From: an uncultured delta proteobacterium
Lineage (GTDB): Bacteria; Desulfobacterota; Desulfobacteria; Desulfobacterales; QNYZ01
Length of the DNA stretch: 64,000 nt
Direction of reading: 5' to 3'
Assembly (NCBI GenBank): GCA_963845145.1
Contig: CAWJQU010000002.1
Location: forward strand, 256,001 to 320,000
Positions 61,570-64,000 of the stretch are shown here, in pieces. The translations under genes were made by a program, and so were the position numbers. Numbering within the stretch: the first letter of the stretch is position 1; each line of letters opens with the position of its first letter. A model generated the notes under the pieces. That model ran no database searches and was not told where the DNA came from. It worked only from the letters and a program-made list of their open reading frames with translations.

Positions 61570-63040
61570 AACGACTAAACACAGGGGGAGCCTGGCTTTC
61601 CGACTCACGTTTTGGTATGCAGCCGTGTTTGCCGTTTCTTCTGCCGTTGCCTTTCTCATATTTTATCTGTTTATCACATCGGTAATCCGAGAGCGCATCG
61701 ACCAGGATCTGTCCACTCAAGCCGGAGATTTTTCCACCCTGCTGCGGGTGAGGGGTTTGGAAGCGGTGAAACACGTGGCCATCCTGGAAGCCCAGGCCGC
61801 CGGTGAAAAAAAATATTTTGTTCGTCTGCTCCGCCTCAATGGCGAGGTATTTTCTTCCTCTAATATGTCGTATTGGCAGAACATCGGCATTCATCGCGAT
61901 GCGATTGCACAGCTCACTAAGGGTGAAACACAGGTCATCAAAACCGTTATATTGCCCAACCGTTTGGACAACATTCGCATTTTATACCGCCAAATCGGTC
62001 GCGGTATTTTTCTACAGCTTGGGCATTCAATGGAACCTTACGCCCGCTTCTACCAGGCCTTTAAAACCATTTTTATCATTACCATGGGATTGCTGGTGAT
62101 CCTATCCGCGTTAATCGGGTGGTTCATGGCCCGAAGAGCCCTGTCGGGCGTCACGGCCGTAACCCGTACCGCCCGCAGAATCGCCGATGGCGCCCTGGAG
62201 CAACGGGTTCCGGTGAAAAAGGCCGGTGACGAAATCGACCAGATGGCGGCGATGTTTAACCACATGCTGGACCGGATTCAAACCTTGGTGTCCGGTATCC
62301 GCAATATGGGTGACAACATCGCCCATGACCTGCGAAGCCCCATTACGCGCATTCGTGGCCTGGCCGAAGTCACGCTGACAACGCAACCGGATAAAAAAGC
62401 GTTCGAACAAATGGCCGCCAGTACCATTGAAGAGTGCGATGGACTGCTGGATATGATAAACGCCATGCTGTTGATTTCGCAAAGTGAGGCCGGCGCTTCG
62501 CGCATCGAGACAAACCCGGTCGACCTGACCAGGCTGTTGGCCGATGCATGCGATTTATTTCAACCGGCTGCCGAAGACGGTCGCATTTCTCTAACATGTA
62601 AATTTCCACAAATTCCCGTCTATTTAAAGGGTGACGTCCGGCTGCTTCAGCGCATGATTGCAAACCTATTGGACAATGCCATCAAATATACCCCGCCCGA
62701 CGGCACCGTGCACATGCACATGCTACATCAACAACCGACGGATGCCATACAATTAACGGTTCGTGACAGCGGTATCGGCATCGCCTCCGATGAACAGCCT
62801 TACATTTTCGATCGGTTTTACCGCGGTGATGCCAGCCGCTCCCAACCGGGGAACGGCCTGGGTTTATCCCTGGCCCGGGCCGTGGCTAAGGCCCACGGCG
62901 GAGATATCACCGTTTTTTCACATCCGGGTAAAGGTAGCAAATTTATGGTTTCGTTACCGGATAGCATCTTGTGCGACCCGCCATTGGATCCCCAGACCGC
63001 CGCTGCTTTATCAAAAGAGACCACCCGGTTAACCAGCTGA
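61556..63040 (+). CDS. Membrane sensor histidine kinase (HAMP-HisKA-HATPase)
   Basis: Two TM helices, HAMP DEIDQMA..FN, AHDLRSP, NLLDNAIKY, G.GLGL. Confidence 0.95.
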   Translation: MLFAKTTKHRGSLAFRLTFWYAAVFAVSSAVAFLIFYLFITSVIRERIDQDLSTQAGDFSTLLRVRGLEAVKHVAILEAQAAGEKKYFVRLLRLNGEVFSSSNMSYWQNIGIHRDAIAQLTKGETQVIKTVILPNRLDNIRILYRQIGRGIFLQLGHSMEPYARFYQAFKTIFIITMGLLVILSALIGWFMARRALSGVTAVTRTARRIADGALEQRVPVKKAGDEIDQMAAMFNHMLDRIQTLVSGIRNMGDNIAHDLRSPITRIRGLAEVTLTTQPDKKAFEQMAASTIEECDGLLDMINAMLLISQSEAGASRIETNPVDLTRLLADACDLFQPAAEDGRISLTCKFPQIPVYLKGDVRLLQRMIANLLDNAIKYTPPDGTVHMHMLHQQPTDAIQLTVRDSGIGIASDEQPYIFDRFYRGDASRSQPGNGLGLSLARAVAKAHGGDITVFSHPGKGSKFMVSLPDSILCDPPLDPQTAAALSKETTRLTS

Positions 63041-63060
63041 TTGACTCCGAAAACTTGACA

Positions 63061-63082
63061 AACATGACCAATTGGTAATGTT
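63061..63082. promoter_or_regulatory. Palindromic response-regulator box upstream of degP
   Basis: AACATGACCAATTGGTAATGTT, near-perfect palindrome resembling CusR/CopR boxes. Confidence 0.5.
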
Positions 63083-63165
63083 GCGGTCATCTTCTCGTTA
63101 ACTGTATGGATTATAATAGGTTTGAAAAAGCGTAAATTACTCAAATTGATTGTGGAGGTATTGTA

Positions 63166-64000
63166 ATGAAAAGGCTTTCAGTAAAAAAAGTAGCAATGTT
63201 GACTCTCGCCCTGGTGTTGGTGGTTGCCGGTTTCGGCCAATTTACCACGGCCCAGGCCGAGACGATCATGGTTCCCGTCAATTTTACCGAACTGGCTAAG
63301 GATGCCAAGCCCGGCGTGGTCAATATTCGCACCGTCAAAACCATCAAAGGCGGCGGCCGTGTGTTTCGCCATTTTTTCGGGCGCCCCGATCAGCGTCCGG
63401 GGGAAAAGCATCCGTTCGAAGAGTTTTTCGGAAGTCCTTCTCCCCGTCAGGATCCCCGCCGGGATTTCAAGCAGCGCAGCCTGGGATCCGGTTTCATCAT
63501 TGACAGCGACGGCTATATCGTCACGAACAATCATGTCATTGAAGACGCAGATGAAATCACGGTCAAAATTGCCAATGGCAAGGAGTATGAAGCCGAAATT
63601 GTTGGGCGGGACCCGTCCACCGACCTGGCCCTGATCAAAGTGGATCCCAAAGAGCGATTGTCACCACTGGTGCTCGGTGATTCGGACAAGATGGTCGTGG
63701 GTAACTGGGTCGTTGCCATCGGTAGCCCGTTTGGCCTGGAACAAACCGTGACCGCCGGTATCGTCAGTGCCAAAGGACGCACCATTGGCTCCGGCCCTTA
63801 TGACGATTTCATCCAGACAGACGCATCTATCAATTTCGGGAACAGCGGCGGGCCGCTTTTCAACATGAAGGGCGAGGTGATCGGTATCAACACCGCCATT
63901 ACGGCCAGTGGCCAGGGAATCGGCTTTGCCATACCTTCGAACCTGGCCAAAGACGTTATCGCCCAGCTGAGGGATAAAGGTGAAGTAACACGTGGATGGC
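63166..64000 (+). CDS. degP: DegP/DegQ (HtrA) periplasmic serine protease, partial (runs off the window end)
   Basis: RBS GGAGG, signal peptide, [34 protein letters not shown]; not in the ORF track. Confidence 0.95.
   Translation, partial: MKRLSVKKVAMLTLALVLVVAGFGQFTTAQAETIMVPVNFTELAKDAKPGVVNIRTVKTIKGGGRVFRHFFGRPDQRPGEKHPFEEFFGSPSPRQDPRRDFKQRSLGSGFIIDSDGYIVTNNHVIEDADEITVKIANGKEYEAEIVGRDPSTDLALIKVDPKERLSPLVLGDSDKMVVGNWVVAIGSPFGLEQTVTAGIVSAKGRTIGSGPYDDFIQTDASINFGNSGGPLFNMKGEVIGINTAITASGQGIGFAIPSNLAKDVIAQLRDKGEVTRGW

Noticed and set aside
248..63785. Numerous antisense and overlapping ORFs in the six-frame track (e.g. 248-913, 9184-10014, 22200-22823, 46522-47313, 63224-63634)
   Set aside because: They are shadow ORFs of well-supported genes and lack motifs or RBS support.

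Overview
Chromosomal window from an anaerobic Gram-negative bacterium. Gene content and synteny suggest Desulfobacterota (Desulfobacterales-like); this is inference, not a search result. 1-33.8 kb is mostly housekeeping: folP-ftsH-tilS, a large Alu-containing SRP RNA, grpE-dnaK, futalosine-type menaquinone genes, mobB, ECF sigma/anti-sigma, gltA, era, kdsB/kdtA, hsp20, and a cooC...RACo cluster containing two deacylases and a methyltransferase. About 33.8-52.5 kb is a visibly more AT-rich accessory stretch: HDOD, PilB/GspE-type ATPase, two orphan histidine kinases, tlpA-dsbB-dsbA, a sigma28-driven MCP, and a decayed PEP-CTERM gene plus a decayed NUDIX duplicate. 52.5-64 kb holds a frameshifted conserved gene, ampG, pckG, rdgB, a two-component system and degP. 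Top candidate novelties: (1) an unannotated 57-codon membrane selenoprotein candidate (in-frame TGA plus a SECIS-like hairpin 11 nt downstream) heading an ECF sigma/zinc anti-sigma operon; (2) a Ser/Thr kinase + degenerate-GGDEF receptor + FHA-EAL c-di-GMP module; (3) a sigma54-driven ~75-nt sRNA carrying an anti-Shine-Dalgarno tract. No rRNA, tRNA, CRISPR array or intact mobile element was seen. All calls are by-eye motif recognition.
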